From: Euglena gracilis | Lineage: Eukaryota | Assembly: GCA_039621445.1 (NCBI GenBank) | Contig: CP154954.1 | Location: 18,772,642-18,836,641, forward strand | Direction of reading: 5' to 3' | DNA length: 64,000 bases | Shown: positions 14,101-26,100 of the stretch, piece by piece | Layout of the letters: each line of letters opens with the position of its first letter | Numbering within the stretch: the stretch's first letter is position 1 | Notes under the pieces: model-generated | Told to the model about the DNA's origin: nothing | Database searches by the model: none | The model's input: only the letters and a program-made list of their open reading frames with translations | Made by a program: the position numbers and the translations under genes

Positions 14101-17100
14101 CCCCACAGTGGGGTCAGCTTGGGTCTCAAGATCCAATCCCGTCAAATTGCTCTCGAAAATGGCCATTTTCGGGCCGCCAAGCCAGGGGGGGGGGGGAATG
14201 CAACTTGGCCCTTCAAATTATGCAAAAAAATGCAAAAAAAACCGCAAAAAGATGCAGCTTGCATAAAACCCCTGAGAAAAGGCTGGAATACAACAGAGTT
14301 TTTGCCTAAAATCTGTAAAGATGTGAGAATGCCGGTGTGCCTGTCAATAATTCACAAAGAAGACCTCCTGGAAGACACTTCAAGCACTGAAGCTTTCAAA
14401 ATCAACATGAATCGTTCAGTCTAAGCAAATCGTCCCTCCAGGTCACCATTGAACATCAATAGCGGCGGCACGGCACGTTTCATTGCATAACGTGGAACGC
14501 AACTCGGTATCAACACCCCCAGCCAGGGCGGTCCTTAAGGAAATAAAAAAAAACACCAGCACACTCAGTGAAAAATACACAGGAAAATGGGCAAGAAATT
14601 TTGGCATTTACAGCGAGAACAGGTCGACATCAGGAAAAAAATTGGTTCCTGGCACCCTTGGACCATTGTCCATCCACCCAAATCATCAAAAACTGTGTTT
14701 TTCGACTGTTTAATTTTTGCCCCCCGTTCAAATCCCACTCTGGCCCTTGGTCGGCCCTTTGGCCGACCAAGCCGTTCGTTCAGCCTTGCTGGGTGCAGGG
14801 CGGTCCTTAAGGGACCGGAAAGCTTCTTTTTTATTTCCTTAAGGACCACCCCCCATTCATTCATTCGGCCAGGAATGAATGAATGGGGGGCGGTCCTTAA
14901 GGAAATGAAAAAAAGCTTTCCTGTCCTTTCCTGTCCCTTAAGGACCTCCCTGCACCCAGCAAGGCTGAACGAACATGGCGGCACACCCTTCTGCACAACA
15001 TTTGGATTCCACACATGAAGAAGTGTGTGCTTTCAACGTCAGCAGAGGTCTTTGAAATGACAAAAACAAGCTCGGAAAACATTCACTCCTCTGCAAAGCT
15101 CCCTTTTAATAGGGTGAAAGTATCAAAGACCCCAGGCAACTGCAGAGGGACCAGAGACAAAACATGACATGGCGACTACAAAAAAATTTATAGGGCAAAA
15201 TATTCTATGCAAAAAAATGCAAAAAAATGCAAATTTCGGAAAAACCTGATTATGCAAAAAAAATGCAAGTTATGCAAGTTGCATATTCACAGCACCACCC
15301 TCCCCAAAACCTGTTCCCTTGGGGTCATTGGGGCAGGTGCGGGGGAGGAGGCCCATACTTCTGCAGCACCAGCTGCTGCCCCTGTAGCTCCAGATAGAAC
15401 AGGGCGCCGCTGGTGCCCGCCAGCAGCAGCTGGCCCCCCAGGGCCAGGGGCTTTTTCAGGACCCGGGGGGAGGAGGGGGGGTCCGGACCCACCCACCCAC
15501 CCCCCCCCGGGGGGAGGCCCCCCCGGGGGGGGGGGGGGGGGCTGGGGGAGACCCACTTTTGGGGGTCGATTTTGGGTCTAAATAAAATTTTCGGCAAGAA
15601 GCACCAAAAAAAAAACCTGCCTCCAGAGTACCCACCCAACCCAACCCCCCACCCGTGGGGGCTTGGCCGGGACCCACCCACCCCCCCCCCCGGGTCACGA
15701 AACTTAAAAAATACGGATCCACCCCCTGGGAGGGGGGGTCAGGGGGCTCGGGGATCCACTTTGGGGGGCCAATTTTGGGGTCCAATTTTGATCGGCGCTT
15801 CGTGCCAAAAATCAAAAAACCTGTTTTCAGCAGAGTACCCACTTGCCCCAACCCCCCTCCCCCCTCCCCCGGGGGGCAGACCCACCCACCCACCCCCTCC
15901 CCAGGGTCACCAAACTGTAAAAAAAAAAAAAATCTCTGCCCAGGGCGTTGCAGCTCGCCAGGTTGATGGTGCACCCGCTTGGGCTGCTGGCCTGGGGGTT
16001 CGCTCCGGCCCAGGGCGGGAAGTGATTGGAATGGTTGCTCCGAAACACGAATGGGGACTCCAACTGCCAAATTATGGCCATTTTTTTCGACCGTTTTCCC
16101 TGTGGATTCTCATTGAGTGTGCTGGTTTGGAAGTTTTTTTTTGTTTTGCCTGAGGACCGCGGGACCCCCCCCCCGGGGGGTGGCAAAATGAAGCCTGGTG
16201 CTGGGGCAGGAATACTTTTCACATTTAGGGTCACCCTGCATTTAGCCAGAGGTGTGTGGGTCCAAGCACCCCAAATACGGGTCGGAAAAGAAAGTGAAGA
16301 CCGTGGCCCCTCCACCCAAAATGTCAGGGAATGGTTTTTTGATTTTCGACCCTGTTCGATGTCCGGAACGGCCGTTGCCGGCACGCCCCTGAGGCCCAAG
16401 GGCGGTCCTTGACAAAAAAAAGCATATCATCTTTTATGGACCCCCTGCTTGCACTATGGGGTGCCTGCCAGCAGCGTGCACACCCCTGCGGGGAGGGGGG
16501 GGGGCGGCGGATTTGGGTTCCCAGCCCCAGCCGACCCAGCCAATTTGAAAATGGCCATTTTCATGTCCCCGGCGCCGAAGGTGGGCGTGCTTTAGCACTG
16601 CCCACCCCAAAACCCAATCCCCAGGCTGAAAATGCCCTTCCCCCCTGCCCTGCCCATAGCACTCCCCATTCAACGTTCCATCAAATTTCACAGAAAAAAT
16701 GGCGAAAAATTCCAAATTTTTCGACGAGAATAGGTCAACATCACAACGTTTTTTTTAAAAAAACCACATTTCTCACCTTTTTTTGAATGTCTACCCCGTT
16801 CAAACTGAATTATAAAAAAAATCCTGTCCCTTGCGGACAAAGATTTCGGAAAAATTTTCGGAGAGGTGAAAAACTGAAATAAAAATAATAATAAAAAAAG
16901 CTCTCACATGGGGAAAAAAAACGCTTCCAACAAACCTTGAGGTGGTGGCCCTAGTCAGGCAAGTCAGGCAACTGTCAGATTGTTATCTGCAAAGAAAGGG
17001 AACCCCCGGTCCCATTCTTGGACCAAGCCTTTCGTTTGGCATGAGATCAGCCGGACACCCCGAGGGGTGACCTGAGTCAGAGGCATGGGCAGGGATGGTC

Positions 17101-20100
17101 TGACACATGTTCTCTGGGGGGCACCTCTCAAATGAAAGATAGGCGAGCACAAAAAAAATTAAATTGGAATTAAAACTTGAATTCATGGTGCGGATCAACT
17201 TTGTTTTAAAACAATGTCTTCTTCGACAAGTTGATGAGACATAAAAAGTCTTCAACTTCCACAAAACAGCCGAGTCCTTGGGGGATCCAGGTTCACATCC
17301 ACCCACCACTGCAAGGGTTACCTGAATTGTTTGTTTTCACTGGGCATCTACAAAAAAATCAAATGATGGTCTTGAGGCTGCATAAGAAGGATTGCAATTC
17401 CTGACAAATATACAGGGGGGGGCAAAAACTGCACACGGGCAGGTCAAAAACTGCACTGCAAAAAACTGCAAAAAACTGCAAAAAACTGCAAAAAACTGCA
17501 CATCAACAAAAAATAACAATAAACAAGCTGAAATGGTGTGCATATGCAAAACAACGTAAATTGTGACCACATGAGAACGCCCCAATTCACTTAACTTTTG
17601 CACAGCTTTGGAGCTGATGACAATAAAAATGAAAGCAATCACGGAGCCAAACAGCTAAATATGGAAAAAATGCACATACCCATATGCAGAAAGGTTCTAT
17701 GCTTTTAATTCTCGTATGGGATGTTCAGTTTTGGAACTTTCGGTCCATCACCTGGTGAACTTCACCCATGTCGCGATGCAAAAAATCTACAAAACTAAAA
17801 AAAATTACAACAACCATCACAAACTTTGAATACTGTCTTTAGGGGATTGCCAAATGGTCTGGGAATTTCTTGCAAATAAGAATGACTTCTTTGAAGCATT
17901 TGGCTTGTGTGATATTTGGCCAAAATGCTTGGGACAAGGCCCAATCTTCTACAGGAGCTCGTGCTCCTTTGCGTCTCCACGAATCTCGCAAACTCCAACT
18001 TCAACCAAAATTTGCACAAAAAAAAAACAGTTTTTGGATTTAGTCCCCGAATCCCAAAATAATAAGTTGAATCTGCTCAGGAGTGCGCAAATGACGATTG
18101 CCAATATAAGAATTGTGACATCTGTCACCACATGCACAAGTTGGAGATGGAGCGCTTTTGGTTGGGGAAAAATTGTGGCGTTGTCACCGAAACAATCTGT
18201 TTTTTGGAATGGTGGCTATAACAATTTCTGTTGTGTCGAGAGGCAAGGCAGTTGGCAAAACAGTTGGGGGCAAGACAACTGGTGGGATTACTGTAGACAA
18301 CACAACTCATGAAGATATTTTTTGAGAGAGACTTTTTCTTGAGAAACACCCTTCAAACAATATAATCCAGCGTAACAAGGCGCAGAGCACCAAGAAATGA
18401 GCACCTCAGGTTTCCTCAAAACTGAAATCAAAAAAAAACTGCAAAAAACTGCACGTGTGCAGTTTTTTCAGGAAAAAAGCTGCAAAAAACTGCAAAAAAC
18501 TGCAAAAAACTGCAAAAAACCCAAAATGTGAAAACTGCAAAAAACTGCAAAAACTGCACGGTGCATATTTTGCCCCTCCCTGCAAATATAGTTCACCAAA
18601 TGGAAAAATATGTCAATGACCCCGCCTGGTGCAGAAATTTTTTCAAGGAAGTGCAAAAAAGAAGGGGTGAGCTGACCCAAAAATTGAACCAAATTCTGAG
18701 AATCCCTGCAAAGCAATTTGTTATGATGCAATCTGAAAACTTTGGTTTGCATTAGATCTGTCACTTCTTTTTTTGGGATCTTGAACTTGCACCAAATATT
18801 TTTCACCCAAATCATATCTCTTGTATTTCTTCTCCATTTATGCTTGCTTTAATCTGCATTGAAACGACAAATAACCAAAAAAATTTCCCATATTCAAATT
18901 ATTTCCCCAAAATTTTCTCAATCTCTCCCATGAGCATGCAAACTTGACTCCTTTGTAAATAGGAAACCAAACAAATAATAACATAATTTTTTATATAACA
19001 CTAATGATAACACATCATTTCAGGAGGGCGGCGGGTGGAAAAAAAATATCATTTGAAATTTTGGGGGGAAATCTATAAATAACAACAAAAGCGCATTGTT
19101 CGAACAGGGAATTTCTTCATTTCTAGCGCAAATCTTCTTGAAATTGGCGCACCAGGTCAGAATTTGCAAACTCCAGTTGTAACAAAAGTTTGCCACAGTA
19201 AGCCAGCGGCAACGCCGCCAAGTCACCTGCACAAAGAAATGCGCCAGACTCTTGTTTTCGGCGGAGGCGATGTTGGTGCACAGCAGGGTGGGAAGGTCCG
19301 CCGCCAAGCCACCCAGCCTGGCTTCCTGACGGGCGAATATGCATATGCGAAAGCTTGCATCACTGCCAGCATTCTTGAAGGCCAGGTTCCTTTGCCCTTC
19401 CTTGCCCTCCACCTTTTCCTTACTGCGCAAAAATGCAGAAATTGAACTGATGCCGTCCTCCTCGTTCCTTCCCGACACAAGACTCCAGACATTTCTCCCC
19501 GAGACATTTCTCAAACCAACGGTTTCTAAGAGATGATACAACACAACAAAGGTTAGATTTCGAGGTGCAGCCCCCTGTGGGGCTCAGCCAGAGGAGGTAC
19601 CTTCCAAAGCTTCAAAGTAGTAATGTGCCACACTCAACGGTGCAATGCTGGACATTCAAACAGGAGCACCATATAAACCATCTTTTAAACAATAATACGG
19701 AGGAACTAATTCACAATCAAAAATCCCCTTTTGCTTGAATGGGGAAAACAAAAAATGCGAGAAAACTATTAATCTCCCTCTTACACACCCTTCCAGTGAA
19801 AGAACAATGAAACAAAAATTTTGGGCTGGAGGGAAAATGTGAATGTCATTGATAAATGCCACTGATGATAAAGGCCAAAAACCACACACAGGGGCATTTT
19901 GAACCATTTCAGGGGTCAGGATTTGACTTGATTAACAAATCCTTGAGGATTAGCAAATGATGGTGCAGAGATCCAACACAATGACAGCCACATTAAATAC
20001 CTTGTCATACAATTGTTAACCTACAGATGATTGTTTGACATTGATAAAACCTGCAATCAATGAGAAGAGGGTCACCCTATCCACAACCCTGCTGTCAATT

Positions 20101-23100
20101 ACTGGGCTTGAAAGCTCAGAGTCCATTGGGCTGTTGATGCCATTGGTGGGGGAGACAGGCAAAGACAGAGACCTCGATGGATTCCTCGTCCTCCATGCTG
20201 AGCACCTTGGTCTCGTTGATGAAGGAGAGCACCAGGCTTCTTTTTAAGACCCCCAGGGGAGGGGGGTCCCCCCTCCCACCCAGCCTGGTGCGGGACCCCC
20301 GGGGGGGACCCAAAAAATCGGGCTGTTTGCGAGCATTTCCCAAAAAAATTTCGGTGTTCGCGCGGAAACCCAAACCCTTGCCTCCGGCCCCGGACCCCCA
20401 ACCCCCCCCCGGGGGGGAGGTCTTCTGACTTAAAAACAAGCCTGGAGAGCACCAAATACTTCGCGTTCAGCACTGCCTCCCCCTCCGTCATGCTGTCTGG
20501 GGAGGGTTCCAGCAGGGACCACATTCCTGTGCAGGAGAGTTTTGGCAGGGAGAACTTTTAGCTTCCGACCTGCTCCACGCAAACCTGGTGGTTTTAAGCC
20601 GGGCTGAGAGCCCAGTTGGAGGCCAGGAAATGTGATCATGATCAAGTCGCTTCCCTGACCGCTTTGGTGGTGGCACACCAATTTGGGGGGAGGGCATTAT
20701 GAACAGCCCTGCCCCACCCCCCGCTCAGCCCTGGAAAAAATGGCTTGCTGGAAACACACTGCTGGTTGACCCCCCATCCTGGGGTCCTGCGGTGGTCCGT
20801 CACTGCTGTGGGGTGCAGCACGTAACCCTTCTGGCGGCCCTGGACCCCAGCAACCTCGCACCAGCAAACAACCACGGACCACCGCCTTGGAAGGTCAAGG
20901 AACCCCGGAGGGACCAGGCCACCGCCGGCGGGCGCGGCACACCCTTCACCCCCGTGAGCTGCAGCGAGGCCAGCTCGTTGATGCCGATGCCGTTGCGGAT
21001 GACGCGGAGGCTGCCGTCCTTGAACGCCCCGCTGCAGGTCACCACTTGCCCCTGCCGGGCATAGGCACAGGCCAGGGGGCATGGCGTCGGGAGCAGCAGT
21101 GGGGCTAGAGAAGCACTTCTCTGGTTCGGGTGTTCTTTAAGACCGGGGAGGGGGGAGGGGGGTCCCCATTGGCATTATCTATTTAAGGTCTAAAAACTTT
21201 TTTGGGCAAAAAGTGCCTGATGATGCCTTAAATGCCATAAAATGTTTAAAATTTTGGGTTGGCAGAACTTTCTCGAACCGAGCAAAAATGGAAGATGCAA
21301 AATATCGGCAAAAACATAGCCCAACTCTGGGGGGAAAAAATGATTTCTGGCATCGCTGGGACATTGGTCCAACCAAAAGTCAAAAAAACGTTGGTTTGAT
21401 TCCCAGGCAGCCCTTTGAACGCTGTGGAAAACAGCATCTAAAAAAGCCTCAAAAAATGCCTTAAACTGCCTCGAAATTTTGAAAAAAATACACCTGGTCC
21501 CCCACCCACCCAACAGAGGTAGGGGGTCCAGCGAACCCATCCACTTTGCTCCTTCCTCTCCCCCCCTCCCGGGGTCCGACAGTCCGAAACTTCCGTGCGC
21601 TGCCAAATCAGGCGTTGTTTGAGTCGTTGTTGGGAGGGGGGGGGTGTTCAGCCAGGCACCATTTGAGCCCCACCGTGTGGAGCGTGTGTTTTGGTCGTTC
21701 CCCTGCCACATATTGCGTGGTGTGTCCAACTTTCCTGTCGCTGTTTCACTGGTTGTTTTTTTTTAGAGACTGCCAGGTTCCAGGCCCTCCCCCGGGTGGG
21801 ATTGAACGAGGGGTGACCGAAAGAGGCCCATCCAGCACTGAAGGCGCAGGAGAATTCAGGTGAAAATGGCCAAACTGGATTGATTCTTGGTCATTTTGAC
21901 GCTCCTCCTAAGCATGGGGGGGGGGGTGCCTGCCGAGTCGCGGGCCAAAAAATGCCCAAAAATGGGTTTTCTGGGCTTCCGGAAGTGCCTTGGCCGACTG
22001 CCCAGGCACTTCTGGTTGTGTGCCCCCCTCCTGGGGGGGAGGAAGTCGGATGCCCAGGCAGGCACCCCCTTAGTTGCACTGAGGCTTCTTGTCTGTTAAT
22101 GGCCGGCGCTAACTTCGCTTCTGGCCCAGTTTGTGTGGTGAGGCAGGCACCCCCAGAGCATACAATTGCTTACCGACCCCCGGGGGGGGGAGGGGGGGGT
22201 CACTCCACTTTTTTAAAAACCAGTCAGTCACTCATTTTCAAAAAACCAGCCAGTCACTACCCCCCCCCCCGGGAGGGGGGGGTCGGCCACTCAGAAAAAC
22301 GGCCACTTTCCAGTCACTTTAGGCCATTTTAGGCCAAAAAAAATTTTCCGGCGCCTTCGGCGCCGGGGTCACTCAAGCCACTTTTGCCCACTCCTTGCCG
22401 ACCCCCCCCCGGGGGGGGAGGGGTCCGGGCCCAAAACCAGTCAGTCACTTTGAAAAAACCAGTCACCCACCCCCCGGGGGGGGGGGGGGTGGGACAGTGC
22501 TTAAGCAATTGTCTGCCCCGGAGGCAGGCACCACCCCCGGGGGTGGGGTCTGCCTCACGTTAAAATTGAGCCTGGCGCCCAAAGCCAAACAGAGGCTGTC
22601 TTATTTGCAGAACCTTCCACTGAAGCTGCGCTTTCAAACAGAACCCCTTTTGGAACTGATGGCGAACTGTCTGAATGCATCAGATGTCCTTTGATGCCCT
22701 AAAGAGCACAGACGATGCGACCAGGTGTCTTTTCGTGATCCAAAGGGGGATTCCATATGGGGGTCAGGCTGAATTTGACCAACCCTGGGGATGGGGATCT
22801 TGGGGTGTGAGTGGGCGGGTGGGTACTTTTCCCAAGGTTTGGCCATGTGCCCTACCCCCCCCCCCTAGAGGGTTGGATCTGGGTGCCGTGGAGGGCCTTC
22901 CGGGCGGGCATCCCCCACCCCCAGATTGGGGTCGGCCTTGCCCAACAATATCAGCCAGATAAGGCCAGCTTGGACAGGTCTGTCAACAACAACAAGGTTT
23001 TAAAAAAACCCATCTGACGAAAGTTAATGCAAAATCCACAGTTGGTTGCAAAAATGACCGTTTTCTGGCAAAGATGGGTCGACATCAGAAAAAAGCGGTG

Positions 23101-26100
23101 TTTGGCGTCCTTGAGGCATCGCCCATCCATCCAAAACATCAAAAAAATGCGGTTTTCGACTTTCGATGTTCCCATCCAAGCCCCAGACCGGCCGTTGCCC
23201 TGAGGCCTGAGGGCTGTCCTCAAGGGGCGGTCCTCACTACTGATTTTTCTAAAGCGCATTAAACAACCTTGAAAAAACCCAAAGTGTTTTGGCCAGAATG
23301 CCTTGCAGTGCATTGGTGCCCTCCCCCTTGACCGGATGGAGGGCAGTCCGGGACAATGTTGAACCATGGCTGCCAGAAGTCATGTTTTTTTCCGCAGTTG
23401 GCGTGTTTTTGCCGAGATTTTGCAGTTGCATTTTCGCTCGTAAAGAGGAAATCGAGCCAAAAGTTTTGTAATGCCATTTTGATCAAAATGAACCATTCTT
23501 GGCCTGGTGTGAAGCGCTGGGCCAAAGATTCCCCAACATCGACCCAAAATGCATTGATAGGCTCTTTTGGGCAAAAAAAAAGCCGAAATTGCCAAAAATT
23601 TTCAATGCAAAATGTCGGAAAGAAAACCGATTTGATTTGTGCCCAATTTTGACCGATTTGGGGGATCTCGGGTGCCCCCCCCCCCAAATTAACCCACTGT
23701 TGGTCTGAAACAACGGTCCAGACTCCCTCCCGAGGCGAATGCCAGAAAATGACTATTTTTAAACAAATTTCTTCCATTGGGCCCTCTGTTATTTCCGATG
23801 GGGGCGGCAACCTGCACTGGGGTTCGAATTGAGGAGGGCGGCATACCCAACGATGGTGCCGTTCCCTTTTGACCACAGGGAGAGTCTGGAAACCCCCCCA
23901 GTTCAGCGAGAACAGGTCGACATCAGGAAAAAAGTTGATTCCTGGCACCTTTGGGTCATCGTCCATCCGCCCAAATCATCAAAAACTGTGTTTTTCGACT
24001 GTTTAATTTTCGCCCCCGTTCAAGTCCCACTCTGGCCCTTGGTCGGCCCTTTGGCCGAAAGGGGGGGCGGTCCTTAAGGAAATTAAAAAAAAAACTTTCC
24101 TGTCCCTTAAGGACCGCCCTCTGGTGTGTGCGCGCGCGCGTGTGCGCGTGTGTGCGCGCACGCGTGTGTGTGGGTGTGGTGTGGGTGTGTGTGTGCACTC
24201 GCAGCGCACGGGGATGTGGAAAAGATCACTCAGAGTGGCTTGCACACCTGGCCCTGCCGGTCCAGATCCACAACCACAAAATCAACAATGGGGCCGAGGT
24301 TGGTGAAGCTCTCCAGGGTTTCAATGGCACTCCCACCCCCTGAACAGCAAAAGGGGACCCTCAATGCGCGCCTTTCTGGGCGAAAACAAAAATTGAACTA
24401 AGCCAGGGGTGGCCCCCGAAGTTGGCCTTTTCGGCCTTTTGCACATGGCCCAAAACTCTGAACATCCAAACTTGATGATTGGCCCCCTAGCCTGAACTTC
24501 AATCATCAGATGCACATTCTCCTAAAAACAACCTCTGGCAGGGCAGGTTTGAGCCCCCCCCCCCTCACAGTTGGTCAAATTCAGCCTGGCCTATTGGCAT
24601 TGGAAAGCATTGATACCTCCCCACCAAAATGGAGCATCTCTGGTGAAAAAAAAGAACGTTGTATCCACCCAAAACTTGTCCTCTTTTTCCCAGGGCGGTC
24701 CTTAAGCAAAAAAAAAAAAATCCCGTCCCGGCACAGCCGAGAAATTTTTTTGAAAATCCATGACCGAAAAGTGGCCGTATTTTGCCCGAAACGGGTCAAC
24801 TTCGGGAAAAAAAGTGATTCCTGGCACTTTTGGAACATCGCCCATCCGCCCATAGCGTCAAAAAATGCGTTTTTCGACTTTTTGGTTTTCGACCCCCGTT
24901 CAAGTCCCGGTCGATCCTTGGTCGGGGGGGCGGTCCTTAAGGGGCGGTCCTTAACGAAAAAAAAAAAAAAAAACTTCCCGTCCCTTATGGACCGCCCTGC
25001 TTTTTCCTGAATGACATCAGCGTCTGGCTCCAACATCAGGGGGGGGGGCTTCACATTTGGGTGGCAAAACCAAACCCCCTGGGGGGGCTGAATATTTGGG
25101 GGGGGGATACCCCCTGGTGGGAGGGGCAGTGTCAGCCACCCCGGAATCCAAGGAAAATTTGACACAAACGTGAAAAAGGGCAAAAAATGTTTCTGTCGCC
25201 TTCGACGCCGGATCACTTTGGTGGTCTTTTGCCGACCCCCCCCCTCCCCACAGACATCTTGAGGCTATAATCACAATTGTCTGACCAACCAAATCTCGAA
25301 AACTCTTTTTTAACTTTCACGTCGAAAATAGAAAAGTTCGATGCCTGGGCCACTCTTGGACCATCCTTGGAGACTAGTGGTTTAAAAAACAAGTCACTTT
25401 GAATAAACCTCAAGCAGTGACAAGGTTTCACTCCGTTGTTCAGAAATCTGAAAAATAATTTCTTCAAAAAATTAGCTTGGAGGCCACCTGAAATGATTTT
25501 GGGATCGATCTGTGACTTCGAAAATCGTGCCCAAACGATGACCCGGTCATGGAATTTGGCTGCTGAATTTATTATTTGGAGGATTCAGGGAATTCCTTAA
25601 GACAGCGGGAGGGGTCAGGGAGAAAAATTCTTTCCAATTTTGGAACATGTTAAAACTGTGAATTTGGTACAAGAGCAATTCTGACCCTGAATGCATCCTG
25701 ACCCTGAAAAAAAGTTGGGACGTCAAAATATGCATCATGACCCTGAAAAAAAGTTGGGAGGTCAAAATATGCAAAATATGATTAAAATACACATTATCCC
25801 AAATTTTTACAACGTAAAAGCTGAAAACTATGCAAATGAGAAATTGCAATAATCTAGATAATGCAAAAGAAATGCAAATGATGCAACTTGCATAACCCCC
25901 CAGGCATTATTGTTTAAAGCGCCTGAAAAAACCTTAAAATGGGCCTCACAAATTTTGGCCAAAATGACTTAAATTAGAACTTTGGACCGGGAGACTCCAA
26001 CCGAGAGGAGCTGTCTGCCCCTTGGACCTAAAGGCGGTCCTCAAGGGGCGGTCCGGAAGGGAAAAAAAAACTTCCCATCCCTCATGGACTGCCTGGCAAA

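Noticed and set aside
17440-18560. (AAAAAACTGC)n arrays
   Set aside because: Subterminal-type low-complexity repeats; element ends could not be defined
6943-20452. DDB1 as a transposon-disrupted pseudogene
   Set aside because: All exons are stop-free and phase-consistent and every insertion is removable by one rule; final exclusion needs RNA data
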